Counted from the first letter of the stretch, positions 1 to 12,487 are shown. The stretch: 64,000 nt of DNA from Longimicrobiales bacterium (GCA_965116905.1 OZ220732.1:2272001-2336000); one strand, 5' to 3'. Translations and numbers: made by a program. Notes: generated from the letters alone by a model not told the origin.

Positions 1-3
1 CTG

Positions 4-1008
4 GTGCGGCGTGGGCTGGCGGGCCGCTTCGCCGGGGCGGTCGTGCTCTGGTACGTCTTTACGTCGACCGTTGCGGGGCTGATCGCTCTCGTCGCTTCCG
101 CGGCCATCTTTCGCATCCCGCTTGCGGCGGGGGACCAGGGTGTGTGGGCGGAAGCGGTCGCGATGTTGCACAGCCTCGGCGAGGGCGGGGCCTCCAGGCC
201 GCTGCTGGCGATCCTCGCGGGCGTGCTGCTCGGGCTCTTCGGCGCGCGCCACGATCCGACCTACCGAGTGTTGCGCAGGATGGCCGACGCCATCGAGAGG
301 GCGGGCGGCAGCCTGGCCTATATCATGCTCCCGCTCATCCTCGCGTTCGGTGTCACCCTCGGCGTGCGCTTCGGCGCGAGCCTGGGACTGTCCCACTACC
401 TCACCATGACCGGCTACACGGCGGCGCTCGTGCTCGTGTGGTGGGCGTTCTACACGTTCGTGCTCGTGCGCCGAGTGGGGCGCCGGCGCGTGGGGCCCGT
501 GCTGAGCGGCTACTATCTTCCGACCGCGATGTTTGCCGCCGGCACGTGCTCGTCGCTGGCCACGCTGCCCGTCAACCTCGGCAACGCAAAAAAGGTGGGC
601 GTCCGCGACGAGGTGGCCGACTTCGTGCTGCCCTTCGGGGCCGTGGTGAACCTCGATGCGAGCGCGCTGGCCTACCTCGCCTACGGGCCCTTCGTCGTCA
701 GCTACGTCTTCGGCATGGAGCTGAGCTGGGTGATGATGCTCGCCGCCTGGCCGGCCGTCGTCCTGTTCACGATTGCGGCGCCGGGGCTGCCGGCGGGGAT
801 GGGGACGGCGCTCTGGAGCGCGACCCTGTTCGCGAGCATCCTGGGTCTGGAGGGCCAGGCGCAGGGGGACTTCGTCGCGAGCTGGATCGCGCTCTCCGGC
901 GGCATACCCGACATGCTCCGCACGGCGACCAACTGTACCGGCGACGGCTATACCGCGATCATCTTCGATGGCCGATTCGATGAACTCTTCGCGAGGGACC
1001 GTGGCTGA
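4..1008 (+). CDS. Dicarboxylate/amino acid:cation symporter (DAACS family), probably 5'-truncated by the window edge
   Basis: Multi-TM hydrophobic protein with GTCSSLATLP, VLPFGAVVNLD and PDMLRTATNCTGD motifs typical of GltP/SstT-like symporters. Confidence 0.85.
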   Translation: MRRGLAGRFAGAVVLWYVFTSTVAGLIALVASAAIFRIPLAAGDQGVWAEAVAMLHSLGEGGASRPLLAILAGVLLGLFGARHDPTYRVLRRMADAIERAGGSLAYIMLPLILAFGVTLGVRFGASLGLSHYLTMTGYTAALVLVWWAFYTFVLVRRVGRRRVGPVLSGYYLPTAMFAAGTCSSLATLPVNLGNAKKVGVRDEVADFVLPFGAVVNLDASALAYLAYGPFVVSYVFGMELSWVMMLAAWPAVVLFTIAAPGLPAGMGTALWSATLFASILGLEGQAQGDFVASWIALSGGIPDMLRTATNCTGDGYTAIIFDGRFDELFARDRG

Positions 1009-1996
1009 GGCAGGCGTGGACCTGGCTCCCGCCGTGTCCCTGGCCCCCGGCGCCCGCAGGCTCGTGCACGTCAACGGACGCGTCCAGCCGGACGAGGCCG
1101 TCGTCGTCGTCACCGACCCCACGATGCGACGGTATGCCGATGCCGTGGCGGCGGCCGCCCGCGAGGCCGGGGCTGCGGTCACCGTCTGCATTATCCCGGT
1201 GCGGGATCAGGACGGGCAGGAGCCGCCCCCGCCGGTGGCGCGCGCCATGGCGGAAGCGGCCGTGGTTTTCTCGCCCGTGCGCATTTCGATCACCCACACG
1301 CGAGCGATGCGGGCCGCGCTGGACGCGGGCGCGCGCGTATGCATGATGACGGCCTACACCGACGCGATCATGACCAGCCCGGCGCTCCTCGACACGGATT
1401 TCGAGGCACAGGCCGCCGTCTGCCGCCGCCTGGGGGCCGCGTTCACGGCGGGCGACGCGGTGCGGCTGACTTCTCCGCGCGGCACCGATCTCCGCTTCGG
1501 CATCGAGGGCCGGGTCGCCAACGTGCTGACGAACATCCCGGCGCCCGGGGAGCTTGCCCCCGTCCCCGACATCGAGGTGAACGTGGTGCCGGTCACCGGA
1601 TCGGCCCAAGGCACGATCATCGCCGACGCCTCCGTCCCCTACCTGGGCATCGGCATCCTGGACGAGCCCATCGTCTGCCAGGTGCGGGACGGCTACATCG
1701 TCGAGATGACCGGCGGCGCGCAGGCCCACTTCCTGCGCCGCCACCTGGAGTCCTTCGCCGACCCCCACTGCTTCAACGTCGCCGAGCTCGGCGTGGGCCT
1801 GAATCCGAACGCCCGGCTCACCGGCGAGATGCTCGAGGACGAGGGCGTCCTGGGCACGATCCATATCGGCATCGGGACCAGCCACACGCTGGGCGGGGAA
1901 ATCGTGGCGCCGACCCACTACGACCTGCTCATGTGGGCCCCGACGATTGCCGTCGACGGACGGGTCGTGCAGCGGGACACGGAGGTGCTGGTGTGA
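1001..1996 (+). CDS. Aminopeptidase T/M29-like metallo-enzyme, paralog 1
   Basis: GTG overlapping upstream stop; motifs PDIEV, NVAELGVGLNP, EDEGVLGTIHIGIG, THYD. Confidence 0.75.
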   Translation: MAEAGVDLAPAVSLAPGARRLVHVNGRVQPDEAVVVVTDPTMRRYADAVAAAAREAGAAVTVCIIPVRDQDGQEPPPPVARAMAEAAVVFSPVRISITHTRAMRAALDAGARVCMMTAYTDAIMTSPALLDTDFEAQAAVCRRLGAAFTAGDAVRLTSPRGTDLRFGIEGRVANVLTNIPAPGELAPVPDIEVNVVPVTGSAQGTIIADASVPYLGIGILDEPIVCQVRDGYIVEMTGGAQAHFLRRHLESFADPHCFNVAELGVGLNPNARLTGEMLEDEGVLGTIHIGIGTSHTLGGEIVAPTHYDLLMWAPTIAVDGRVVQRDTEVLV

Positions 1997-2009
1997 AGGG
2001 CCCGGCGGC

Positions 2010-2972
2010 ATGAAGGCCGGCGCCAGAATCCTCGTGCGGACGTGCGCCAACGTCCAGGCCGCCGAAAACGCGGTGATCGTGACCGATCCGGAGCGGATGA
2101 GCATCGCCGAAGCCGTCGCCGACGAGGCGCGCGAGGCCGGAGCCGTCGCGAGCATCCTGATCCCGCCGGAACGGTCCATCGACAACGAGGAGCCGGGGGC
2201 GGCCGTCGCCGCGGCGCTGGCGGCTGCCGACGTCGTCTTCCTACCGGTGACGCTTGCCATGGCGCACACGCGCGCCGTACGCGAGGCCATCGGCGCGGGC
2301 GCCCGCGTCCTGTCGATGACGGCCTTCACCGAGCGGATGATGCACGAAGGCGGACTCTTCACGGACTTCCATGCACGCCAGCCGCTGTGCCGCGCCCTGG
2401 CGGCCAGGCTCACCGCCAGCACGCGGCTACGAGTCACGAATCCCGCCGGCACCGACCTGAGCATGAGCCTGGCCGGCGTGACCGGGAACAGCCATGCCTG
2501 CCTGCTCGATGGACCCGGCTTCTCCGCGGTCCCCAACATCGAGGCCAACTGTGCGCCCGCTCAGGGCACAACCGGAGGCGTGTTCGTGTGTGACGGGAGC
2601 ATCCCGTACTACGGCGTGGGCCCCGTCCGCGAGCCCGTCGCCTTCCACATTTCGAAGGGTTTCGTCACCCAAATCGAGGGCGGTGACCAGGCCGAATTCC
2701 TCGCCGATCTGCTTGCCCGGCAGAACGACCGCTGGGTCTACAACGTGGCCCAGTTCGCCTTCGGCCTGAATCCGGCCTGCACCGAGTTCACCGGCGAGAT
2801 GCTCAACGACGAAGGCGTGAACGGCACCGTGCACATCGGGATCGGCACGTCGGCCAACCTGGGCGGCAACGTGTCCGCAAAGACGCACTTCGACGCGGTC
2901 GCACGGGCGCCGTCGGTGTGGGTCGACGAGGAATTGGTACTCCGCGACGGCACCATTCTCGTGGAGGGGTGA
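2010..2972 (+). CDS. Aminopeptidase T/M29-like metallo-enzyme, paralog 2
   Basis: Colinear with paralog 1: PNIEA, NVAQFAFGLNP, NDEGVNGTVHIGIG, THFD. Confidence 0.75.
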   Translation: MKAGARILVRTCANVQAAENAVIVTDPERMSIAEAVADEAREAGAVASILIPPERSIDNEEPGAAVAAALAAADVVFLPVTLAMAHTRAVREAIGAGARVLSMTAFTERMMHEGGLFTDFHARQPLCRALAARLTASTRLRVTNPAGTDLSMSLAGVTGNSHACLLDGPGFSAVPNIEANCAPAQGTTGGVFVCDGSIPYYGVGPVREPVAFHISKGFVTQIEGGDQAEFLADLLARQNDRWVYNVAQFAFGLNPACTEFTGEMLNDEGVNGTVHIGIGTSANLGGNVSAKTHFDAVARAPSVWVDEELVLRDGTILVEG

Positions 2973-3001
2973 AAGCCCGGATTCCCGCCGGTTTCAGCCG
3001 A

Positions 3002-3048
3002 CTATTCAGCCCCTGAATAGGTGTGCAACGTTTCAGCTGAGACGTTTT
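3002..3048. terminator. Hairpins between convergent genes, possible bidirectional terminator
   Basis: ctattcag-ccc-ctgaatag and near-palindrome aacgtttcagctgagacgtt followed by T run. Confidence 0.35.
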
Positions 3049-3070
3049 CGCGTCGCCCACTTCCGCCGAT

Positions 3071-3982
3071 TCAGCCCCGCAGGTGCTCATTGAAGAACGC
3101 GATGGTGCGCTCCTGCGCGAGGCTGGCGGCTTCCTGGTCGTAACGAGGGGTCGTGTCGTTGTGGAAGCCGTGGTTCGCGCCCTCATACATGTGGACCACG
3201 AAGTCCTTTCCGTTCGCCTCCAGCGCCTCCTGGTAGGCCGGGTAGCGGGCGTTGATCCGCTCATCCAGGCCCGCGAGCTGGATCATGAGGGGCGCCTGTA
3301 TCGAGGGCACGTCCTCCGGGGCCGGCGCCGACCCGTAGAACGGCACCCCAGCGCCCAGACTGGGAAGCCGGACCGCGAGCTGATTCACCACTCCGCCGCC
3401 GTAGCAGAACCCGACGGCCCCGACTCGCCCGGTGCTCGTCTCGTGGTCCCGCAGGAAGCGGAACGCCGCCAGCCAGTCCTCCATCATCACGTCCCGGTCG
3501 AGCTGCCGCTGCATCACCCGGCCCTCGTCGTCATTGCCGGGATAGCCGCCAAGGGGGGTCAGCGCGTCCGGCCCCAGGGCTACGAAGCCAGCCGCGGCGA
3601 ACCTGCGGACCACGTCTTCGATATAGGGGTTGAGGCCGCGATTCTCGTGGATGACAAGGATCGCGGGCTCGGGCTCAGTCGCGCCGGCGGGCACGGCCAT
3701 GTAGCCACGCATCGTTCCCGAGCCGTCCGGGGAAGGGTAGGTGACGTAGTCCTGCCGGATCCTGGTGTCGCCGGTCGCCACCTGCCGCGCCCACGCGTAG
3801 TTGGGACGAAGTGCCTCGAGAACCGCCGCGGCAGCCGCTCCACCGCCCAGCACCTTGCCGGCCCCTTCAAGGAAGTCCCGGCGCTGAATGTGCCCGTGGA
3901 CGTAGCCATCGAAGAGCGCCAGTACCTCCTGGGGGAAATCGCTCGCCTTCTTTCGTTTGGTCATGGGTATCCTCTTAGTCAT
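3071..3982 (-). CDS. Dienelactone hydrolase family protein (YghX-like)
   Basis: HENRGLNPYIEDV, GFCYGG nucleophile motif, HGFHNDTTPRYD; RRDFL Tat-like N-terminus; alternative ATG at 3964. Confidence 0.9.
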   Translation of the reverse strand: MTKRIPMTKRKKASDFPQEVLALFDGYVHGHIQRRDFLEGAGKVLGGGAAAAAVLEALRPNYAWARQVATGDTRIRQDYVTYPSPDGSGTMRGYMAVPAGATEPEPAILVIHENRGLNPYIEDVVRRFAAAGFVALGPDALTPLGGYPGNDDEGRVMQRQLDRDVMMEDWLAAFRFLRDHETSTGRVGAVGFCYGGGVVNQLAVRLPSLGAGVPFYGSAPAPEDVPSIQAPLMIQLAGLDERINARYPAYQEALEANGKDFVVHMYEGANHGFHNDTTPRYDQEAASLAQERTIAFFNEHLRG

Positions 3983-4016
3983 GGGTACCTCTGCTAGTTG
4001 TTGCCGACTCCTGCGC

Positions 4017-5105
4017 TCATTCGCCGTCCCTGTCCTGCAGCAACTGCGAGATCTGGTCCAGCTTCGGCCGGATTGACGACATCACCGCCGCGAACAGCAC
4101 CAGCGCCCAGCCCGCCGAAAAGATCAGGTGGACGCCTACCAGAACACGGGCAGCGACCGAAACCGGGGCCACGGTCGCATAGTCCTGACCGAGCGCCGTG
4201 AAGAACGCGAAGGACAGCCATTCGGTGATGCCCGAGCCGGCGTCGGCAAACGCGCCCGGGTGAAAGCGCTCCAGCGTTCCGTAGAACCCGGCGAACACAC
4301 CGATGATCGTCAGGTAACCGAGCGCGAACCCGCCGATCGGAACCCACATGACGCGCAGGTAGTCGGCGAGCTGACCGTAGACGGCGAGCCGCGGCCGGAG
4401 CCATGTGGCGCCGGCGCGCCCCAGGAGGAACGCGATCGCCGGTATCGCGACCAGTGAAAAGACCAGGGTCAGAACGATGTAGAGCGCGGCCGCGATGCCC
4501 GACAGCCCGACATCTTCCCGTATCACCCCGAACCCGAACAGGAGACCCAGGAGCACCGGGAGCGCCACCGCACCGAGGACCAGCGGCCGCGGAGGCCGGG
4601 AATCGCTCCACCCCTCGCGGCGGCTACACAGGAGGCCGACCAGCATCGCGTTCCACGGCACGCCCGCCAGCGGGAACGCAGCAATCAGCAACGCCAGCGA
4701 GAAGTTTCCGGCGACGATCCCGGGAACCAGCCCCAGCGTCAGCAGGACGGCTACAATGAACATTTCCCGGACCACCTCGCGATACCCGGACAAGGACGAC
4801 TTGCCGAGCCCGTCGATCAGGCCGAGTGCCAGAGGACCAAGGGGCGGGATGATAAGTCCCCAACCGATTCCCCGCGCGCCGGTCAGCAGGGCGGCGGTGA
4901 CCCCGACGATCAAGCCGATCAGGATGCCCGTCCACACACCGCCGCGGGCACCTCCCCGGAGGCCGACGCCTGCTCCAACGGCCAGCCCGCAGCCCGCTCC
5001 GAGCAGGACATCGGTGTGATTCCCGGTGATCGCGTAGCCGAAGGTGACGACGACCAGCGCCACGGGCGCGGCGATGCGAAGCGCCTGCGAGATCGAGCGA
5101 TTCAC
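4017..5105 (-). CDS. Multi-pass membrane protein with C-terminal 2TM ion-channel-like pore domain
   Basis: Many TM helices; C-terminal FAGFY...WLSFAFFTALGQDYATVAPVSVAARVLV resembles a pore helix/filter/inner helix. Confidence 0.55.
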   Translation of the reverse strand: MNRSISQALRIAAPVALVVVTFGYAITGNHTDVLLGAGCGLAVGAGVGLRGGARGGVWTGILIGLIVGVTAALLTGARGIGWGLIIPPLGPLALGLIDGLGKSSLSGYREVVREMFIVAVLLTLGLVPGIVAGNFSLALLIAAFPLAGVPWNAMLVGLLCSRREGWSDSRPPRPLVLGAVALPVLLGLLFGFGVIREDVGLSGIAAALYIVLTLVFSLVAIPAIAFLLGRAGATWLRPRLAVYGQLADYLRVMWVPIGGFALGYLTIIGVFAGFYGTLERFHPGAFADAGSGITEWLSFAFFTALGQDYATVAPVSVAARVLVGVHLIFSAGWALVLFAAVMSSIRPKLDQISQLLQDRDGE

Positions 5106-5265
5106 TCTTGAAGTACCTCCTCCTGAAGTACCTCCTGCCGTCAGATCGCTTGGTCAGTTGACAAACGGCATGGCGTCCATATAGCGATTCGGCGAACGGG
5201 TGCGCAAGATTGCAGGGTGGATGCGGGGTGGTGGGGGTGTGTGCGCAGGGCAGGGGCTACCAGAC

Positions 5266-5305
5266 TTGCTGGAACACCCGAACTCAAGTAGCATCCAAGT
5301 GCTAC
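5266..5305 (+). promoter_or_regulatory. Putative sigma70 promoter with overlapping palindromic operator of the TA operon
   Basis: TTGCTG-17 bp-TAGCAT; inverted repeat GTAGCA-N6-TGCTAC (5288-5305) covers the -10; GGAGG RBS follows. Confidence 0.55.
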
Positions 5306-5319
5306 ACGGAGGTGGCACG

Positions 5320-5547
5320 ATGGTTCGAAATGTCAAACTGCGGCGCATGGGTGGGTCTGTCGGGGCTACGCTGCCCAAGGATATGGCGGAACGTCTGCAT
5401 CTGGCGGCCGGCGACGAAGTGTTGGCCGTCGAGACGGCACATGGGATCCTTTTGAGCCCCTACGATCTGGATGTCGTGGACGGATTGGCGATCGCCGCCG
5501 AGGCCCAGAAGCGTTTTCGAGGCGCACTTAGAGAACTCGCGAAGTGA
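5320..5547 (+). CDS. AbrB/MazE-family antitoxin
   Basis: KLRRMGGSVGATLPK...LAAGDEV AbrB motif; C-terminal ALRELAK; overlaps toxin start (GTGA). Confidence 0.88.
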   Translation: MVRNVKLRRMGGSVGATLPKDMAERLHLAAGDEVLAVETAHGILLSPYDLDVVDGLAIAAEAQKRFRGALRELAK

Positions 5548-5948
5548 CGTCGCGGGAGCCGAGGTGGGTTCCCCGGCTGGTCATCGAGGCGGTCCATCTC
5601 GACCAGGTCCGCGAGCACGGCGGCCTGATCGGCATTCGAGACGAGAATGCCCTTGAGTCGGGTCTCGCGCGCGCCAGCCAGAGATGGAACTTTGACCCGG
5701 ACTCGGATCTGCCCCGTCTCGCCGCTGGCTATGTCTTCGGGATTTGCACCGGACACCCGTTCCGCGACGGAAACAAGCGCATCTCGTTTCTGGCCGCCGT
5801 CATTTTCCTCGGCCTGAATGGCTTCGACCTTGTCGCACCCGATGAGGAAGTGGTGGAGAAGATGATGGCCGTCGCTTCCGGCAAGCTCGGTGAGGAAGCG
5901 ATTGCCGACTGGATACGCTCGCGAATCAAGCCGCGCGCGCCCGTCTGA
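5544..5948 (+). CDS. doc: Doc (death-on-curing, Fic family) toxin
   Basis: HPFRDGNKR Doc motif; HGGLIGIRDENALES N-terminal motif. Confidence 0.92.
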   Translation: MTSREPRWVPRLVIEAVHLDQVREHGGLIGIRDENALESGLARASQRWNFDPDSDLPRLAAGYVFGICTGHPFRDGNKRISFLAAVIFLGLNGFDLVAPDEEVVEKMMAVASGKLGEEAIADWIRSRIKPRAPV

Positions 5949-5969
5949 CGCCGCAGCCGAACCCGGAAG

Positions 5970-7124
5970 CTACCCCAGAATCTCCTCGTACACCCGCATG
6001 AAGTTGCCGCCCATGACCTGGGCGACCTCGGCGCCCGAGAATCCCCGCCGTTCCAGCCGCTCCGCGATGATGTGCATCTTCTCCGGCCGGTCGAGTTCCT
6101 CGATGAAGGGCGGCCAGCGCACGTCGACCTCCGGCTTGAACTCGAACTGCGCGTGGAAGTCCCAGAACGCCTGCTCGGTGGGAAAGGAGACCCGCCAGCC
6201 GCCGATGCTCGAGTCGGTGCCGATGCCGACGTAGTCGATTCCGACGAGATCCGCGACATGCGCGATGTGGTCGATGAAGTCGTCCAGAGTCGAGCGCGGC
6301 TTCTTGCTCACGAAGAAGTTGACGGTCGTGATGCCCATGACGCCGCCGCGCGCCGCCAGCGCCCGGATCTGCTCGTCGGCCTTGCAGCGGGGATTGTCGC
6401 ACAGCGCGCGGCAGTTCGCGTGGGTGAAAAGGACGGGCGCGCTGGAGACCTCGATCGCGTCCATCGTGCTGCGCACCCCGGTGTGGGACACGTCGACGAT
6501 CATTCCCAGCTCGTTCATCTTCTGCACGACCTCGACGCCGAAATCGCTTAGGCCGACGTCGACCCGCTCGGTGCATCCCGCGCCCAGGGCGTTGAGCGAA
6601 TTGTAGGTCAACTGCATCTGCCGGATGCCGAGGTTATGGAAGGATTCGACGTTGGCCAGATCGCGCTGGAGGTGCGTCGCGTTCTGAAACCCGATCATGA
6701 CTGCGATTCCGCCCGTGCGCTTCGCCTCCAGAATGTCGGCCACCCGCCGCACGTGGATGACGCGGTCCAGATACCGGTTGAAGATCCCGTGCCAGCTCGC
6801 GATGTCCTGCACGGCATGGTCGTAGCCGAATGGCGGGTCGCCCGGAGCGCCCAGCGTCGTCTCGATCATGGTGAGGCCCGAGCGCTCGATCTCGTCGAAG
6901 CCCTCCGGTCCGAACCGGAGCCCGCCCAGGGCGTCGATCCAGATGTCGTCCTGGCGGGTGGGGGTTTCCGGCGACGTGGGGTCGGCTTCGCGGGCGGGGC
7001 CGTCCCGGCTACCCGTCACGATCGGCTCCGCCGCCTGCCCAATGACGTGCTTGCTCGCACCGAGGCCGAACGCGGTTCCGGCCATCCCGGCGCCCCAAAC
7101 GAATTGTCGGCGTGAAAGTGACAT
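5970..7124 (-). CDS. Tat-exported membrane dipeptidase (peptidase M19)
   Basis: SRRQF Tat signal; QLTYN, MNELGMIVDVSH, FTHAN, GIGTD motifs. Confidence 0.9.
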   Translation of the reverse strand: MSLSRRQFVWGAGMAGTAFGLGASKHVIGQAAEPIVTGSRDGPAREADPTSPETPTRQDDIWIDALGGLRFGPEGFDEIERSGLTMIETTLGAPGDPPFGYDHAVQDIASWHGIFNRYLDRVIHVRRVADILEAKRTGGIAVMIGFQNATHLQRDLANVESFHNLGIRQMQLTYNSLNALGAGCTERVDVGLSDFGVEVVQKMNELGMIVDVSHTGVRSTMDAIEVSSAPVLFTHANCRALCDNPRCKADEQIRALAARGGVMGITTVNFFVSKKPRSTLDDFIDHIAHVADLVGIDYVGIGTDSSIGGWRVSFPTEQAFWDFHAQFEFKPEVDVRWPPFIEELDRPEKMHIIAERLERRGFSGAEVAQVMGGNFMRVYEEILG

Positions 7125-7247
7125 GACGGCGGCCTCCTTAGCGCAGGTCGGACAATGACGTTTTCGGGGCATTCTACGCGACGAATCTCGCACCCGCCAT
7201 CGAATCGTCTGGTCCAAAGACGGCTCGTGTAGTAACGGCTCCAGGCA

Positions 7248-7273
7248 GATACTAAACATATATGTTTAGTATC
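7248..7273. promoter_or_regulatory. Perfect 26-bp AT-rich palindrome, probable operator
   Basis: GATACTAAACATA-TATGTTTAGTATC between divergent genes. Confidence 0.6.
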
Positions 7274-7418
7274 GATTGGATTGCTTGGTCGGATCCAAAC
7301 ACTGACTTTCGCTGTAACCCTCTGACGACGAGACCGAACCCCGAGTCTTGGGTCGCACACTCAACCCTACTGCGGGCTCGTCACAAGGAAGTGCACCTTG
7401 GCCGCGCCCGGGGAGCGG

Positions 7419-8753
7419 ATGAGCCTGACCAGCCTGATCGATGTGGTGACCAGATCCCGTGATTCAGCTATCGGATCTGGTGCCAGGTGGTTGTCGGTGG
7501 TAACCGCTGTTGCTTGCGTCTTCGCGGCACTCTCCGGTTCCTGTGGACAACCGCAGGAGCGGATATTGGATGGCGGGATGATCGAGCTGACAATGGACCT
7601 CAGAATCGGCACTCCCGATGGTCCGCCGGAGACCCAGTTCGGGAGCATCGCTGGCATCGCGGTCGACGACGCCGGTTCATTGTATGTGGCAGATGGGCAA
7701 GACTACGAAGTGCGCAAGTTCGATCCGGCCGGGCAGTTTCTGATCCGTTTTGGCAGGCAGGGCTCGGGGCCCGGCGAGTTCAGCAAGATTGACGGTCTGG
7801 CCCTGCTGACCGACTCGCAGGTGGCGGTGGTCGACGGAATCGAGAATCGTCTCTCCCTGTTCGATTCGTCCACCGGCGAGTACCGCGGGCAGTGGACAAT
7901 CCCGCGTCAGTGGTTGACCTGGTCTCGACACACCATCGTAAGGCGATCTTCGGGCGGGGCATACCTGGGCTTGCCCCCTGAAATGGACCTTGACGGGACG
8001 CCCGTCCGCTGGCCGCGACCGGTGTTCCTCTCTGTGGACGAGGGCGGAAATGTAGTCGACACCATCTGGGCCCCCGAAAGGTATGTCGCGGAATGCGGTA
8101 CACGGTCCAGCCATGCCGTCAGGAGCGGCTGGTATGAAGACATACGTGTGCTTTACGCTCCGAAAGTCGTGTGGACCATCAGTCCCTCCGGCGACGTTGT
8201 GATCGGCTGCCCGAAACAGCTCCAATTCGATATCGTCTCGCCGAACGGCTCACTGGCATCGAGCGACAATGTGTCGTTCGATCCCGTGCCCATCCCCGGT
8301 GACGAGATCAACTGGTTCCTCGATCAGATCGAAGCTGACCGCGGTATGGCCCAGACTCTGGCAGAACTCAATCGCGTAGCGGTAGATCCTGTGCGTCAGA
8401 TCCTGAACTATGACTATCCGGACACCAAGGCCGCATTCAAGGCGATCACGGTGGCTCGTGACGGCAAGGTGTGGGTTCGACTTTCACAGCCCGGCCGGGA
8501 ACGGACGATTCCGACAGGCGCCGGTGCGTATTGGCAGAACGAAACGGGCGGCGCGTTCGAGGTCTTCACCGGGACGGGAAGGCATATCGGAAGAGCGACG
8601 TTGCCTGACGACGTATGGATCGATCCGGATCGGCCGCCGGCTGTAGCCGCGGCGATAACGGGTGAACATCTCTGGGCGTTGACGCTCGACTCATTGGACG
8701 TCCAATCCGTTACGCGCTACCGCATCGGATGGCCCGACGACCTGCGGCACTGA
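7419..8753 (+). CDS. 6-bladed (NHL-like) beta-propeller protein, possible lipoprotein
   Basis: FGSIAGIAVDDAGSLYVAD...FGRQGSGPGEF NHL-type repeat; hydrophobic stretch ending LSGSC; start uncertain. Confidence 0.75.
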   Translation: MSLTSLIDVVTRSRDSAIGSGARWLSVVTAVACVFAALSGSCGQPQERILDGGMIELTMDLRIGTPDGPPETQFGSIAGIAVDDAGSLYVADGQDYEVRKFDPAGQFLIRFGRQGSGPGEFSKIDGLALLTDSQVAVVDGIENRLSLFDSSTGEYRGQWTIPRQWLTWSRHTIVRRSSGGAYLGLPPEMDLDGTPVRWPRPVFLSVDEGGNVVDTIWAPERYVAECGTRSSHAVRSGWYEDIRVLYAPKVVWTISPSGDVVIGCPKQLQFDIVSPNGSLASSDNVSFDPVPIPGDEINWFLDQIEADRGMAQTLAELNRVAVDPVRQILNYDYPDTKAAFKAITVARDGKVWVRLSQPGRERTIPTGAGAYWQNETGGAFEVFTGTGRHIGRATLPDDVWIDPDRPPAVAAAITGEHLWALTLDSLDVQSVTRYRIGWPDDLRH

Positions 8754-8756
8754 AGC

Positions 8757-10195
8757 CTACAATGCAAAATCAAACTGTCTGGCGTTCTCGATCTTCTCTT
8801 CCAGATCCACCAGCGGCGCCGAGTATTCTCCCGAGAAACACGCCGCGCAGAACGGGCCGCCCTCGTTGACCGCGTCGACCAGCCCGTCCAGGGACAGATA
8901 GCCGAGCGAGTCCACCCCCAGATCGGCGGCGATCTCGTCCACGGACATCCGGGCGCCCATGAGCTCCTCCCTGGACGGCATGTCGATCCCGTAGTAGCAC
9001 GGAAACCGCACGGGCGGGCTGGCCACGCGGAAGTGCACTTCGGCCGCCCCCGCGCCGCGGATGAACTTGACCAGGCTGGTCGATGTGGTGCCGCGCACGA
9101 TCGAGTCGTCCACCACGACCACGCGCTGACCTTCGAGAACCTGACGCACGGGGTTGTACTTGACCCGCGCCCCGAAGTCGCGGTCGGCCTGGGACGGGCG
9201 GATGAAGGTGCGGCCCACGTAGTGGTTGCGGAGCAGCCCGAGTTCGTAGGGAATGCCACTCTGTTCGCTGTACCCCAGCGCGGCCGAGTTGGCGCTGTCC
9301 GGGACCGCGATCACGCAGTCGCCGTCGACGGGGTGCTCTCGGGCCAGCTGGCGCCCGAACGACCGCCGGGCGCGGTCCACGCTCATGCCCCACAGGTTCG
9401 AATCGGGGCGCGCGAAGTACACCAGCTCGAAGATGCACGGGGCGGGGGTCTGGGGGTGCATTCCCGGGAGGCTCTCGGCCTTGCCGTCCCGGAAGCGCAC
9501 CAGTTCGCCCGGCTCGATGTCGCGCACGAAGGTCGCACCCATGATGTCGAGCGCGCAGGTCTCGCTGGCGGCCACGTGCCCCCCGTCCAGCTCGCCGAGC
9601 ACCAGGGGCCGGAATCCGCGCGGGTCGCGCACCGCGTACATGGTGTCGCCCACCGTCAGGATCAGCGAATACGCGCCCTCCAGAAAGCTCAGCGCGTCGC
9701 GCAGCTGCGCCTCGACCGTGCGGTGCCGCGAGCGCGCGATCAGGTGCACGATGATCTCGGAGTCCGACGAACTCTGGAAGATCGCGCCCTCCTCGACGAG
9801 CTGGCGCTTCATCCCCTGCGCGTTGGTCAGGTTGCCGTTGTGCACGATCGCCAGGTCGCCCTCAGCGTAACGCACGACGATCGGCTGGGCGTTGACCCGC
9901 GTTCCGCCGCCCGCGGTCGAGTAGCGCACATGCCCGAGCGAAGTCCGTCCCGGCAGCGACGCGATTCGTTCGGCGTCGAAGACGTCCGACACCAGGCCGA
10001 GCTCCTTGTAGAGCTTGGTGCGCGTCCCGTTGGCGGCGCAGATGCCCGCCGCCTCCTGGCCCCGGTGCTGCAGCGCGTACAGTCCCAGGAAGGAAAGCTC
10101 CGACGCGTTCTCCACGTTGCTGATGCCGATGATCCCGCACTCCTCGCGGGGCCGGTCGTCGAGCAGCGGCAGGTGGATGTCGGTCGGGCGACTCA

Positions 10196-10196
<1 letters not shown>
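8757..10196 (-). CDS. purF: Amidophosphoribosyltransferase
   Basis: EECGIIG, LQHRGQE, GHVRYST, VVVVDDSIVRGTT PRPP motif. Confidence 0.97.
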
Positions 10197-12483
<2,287 letters not shown>

Positions 12484-12487
<4 letters not shown>

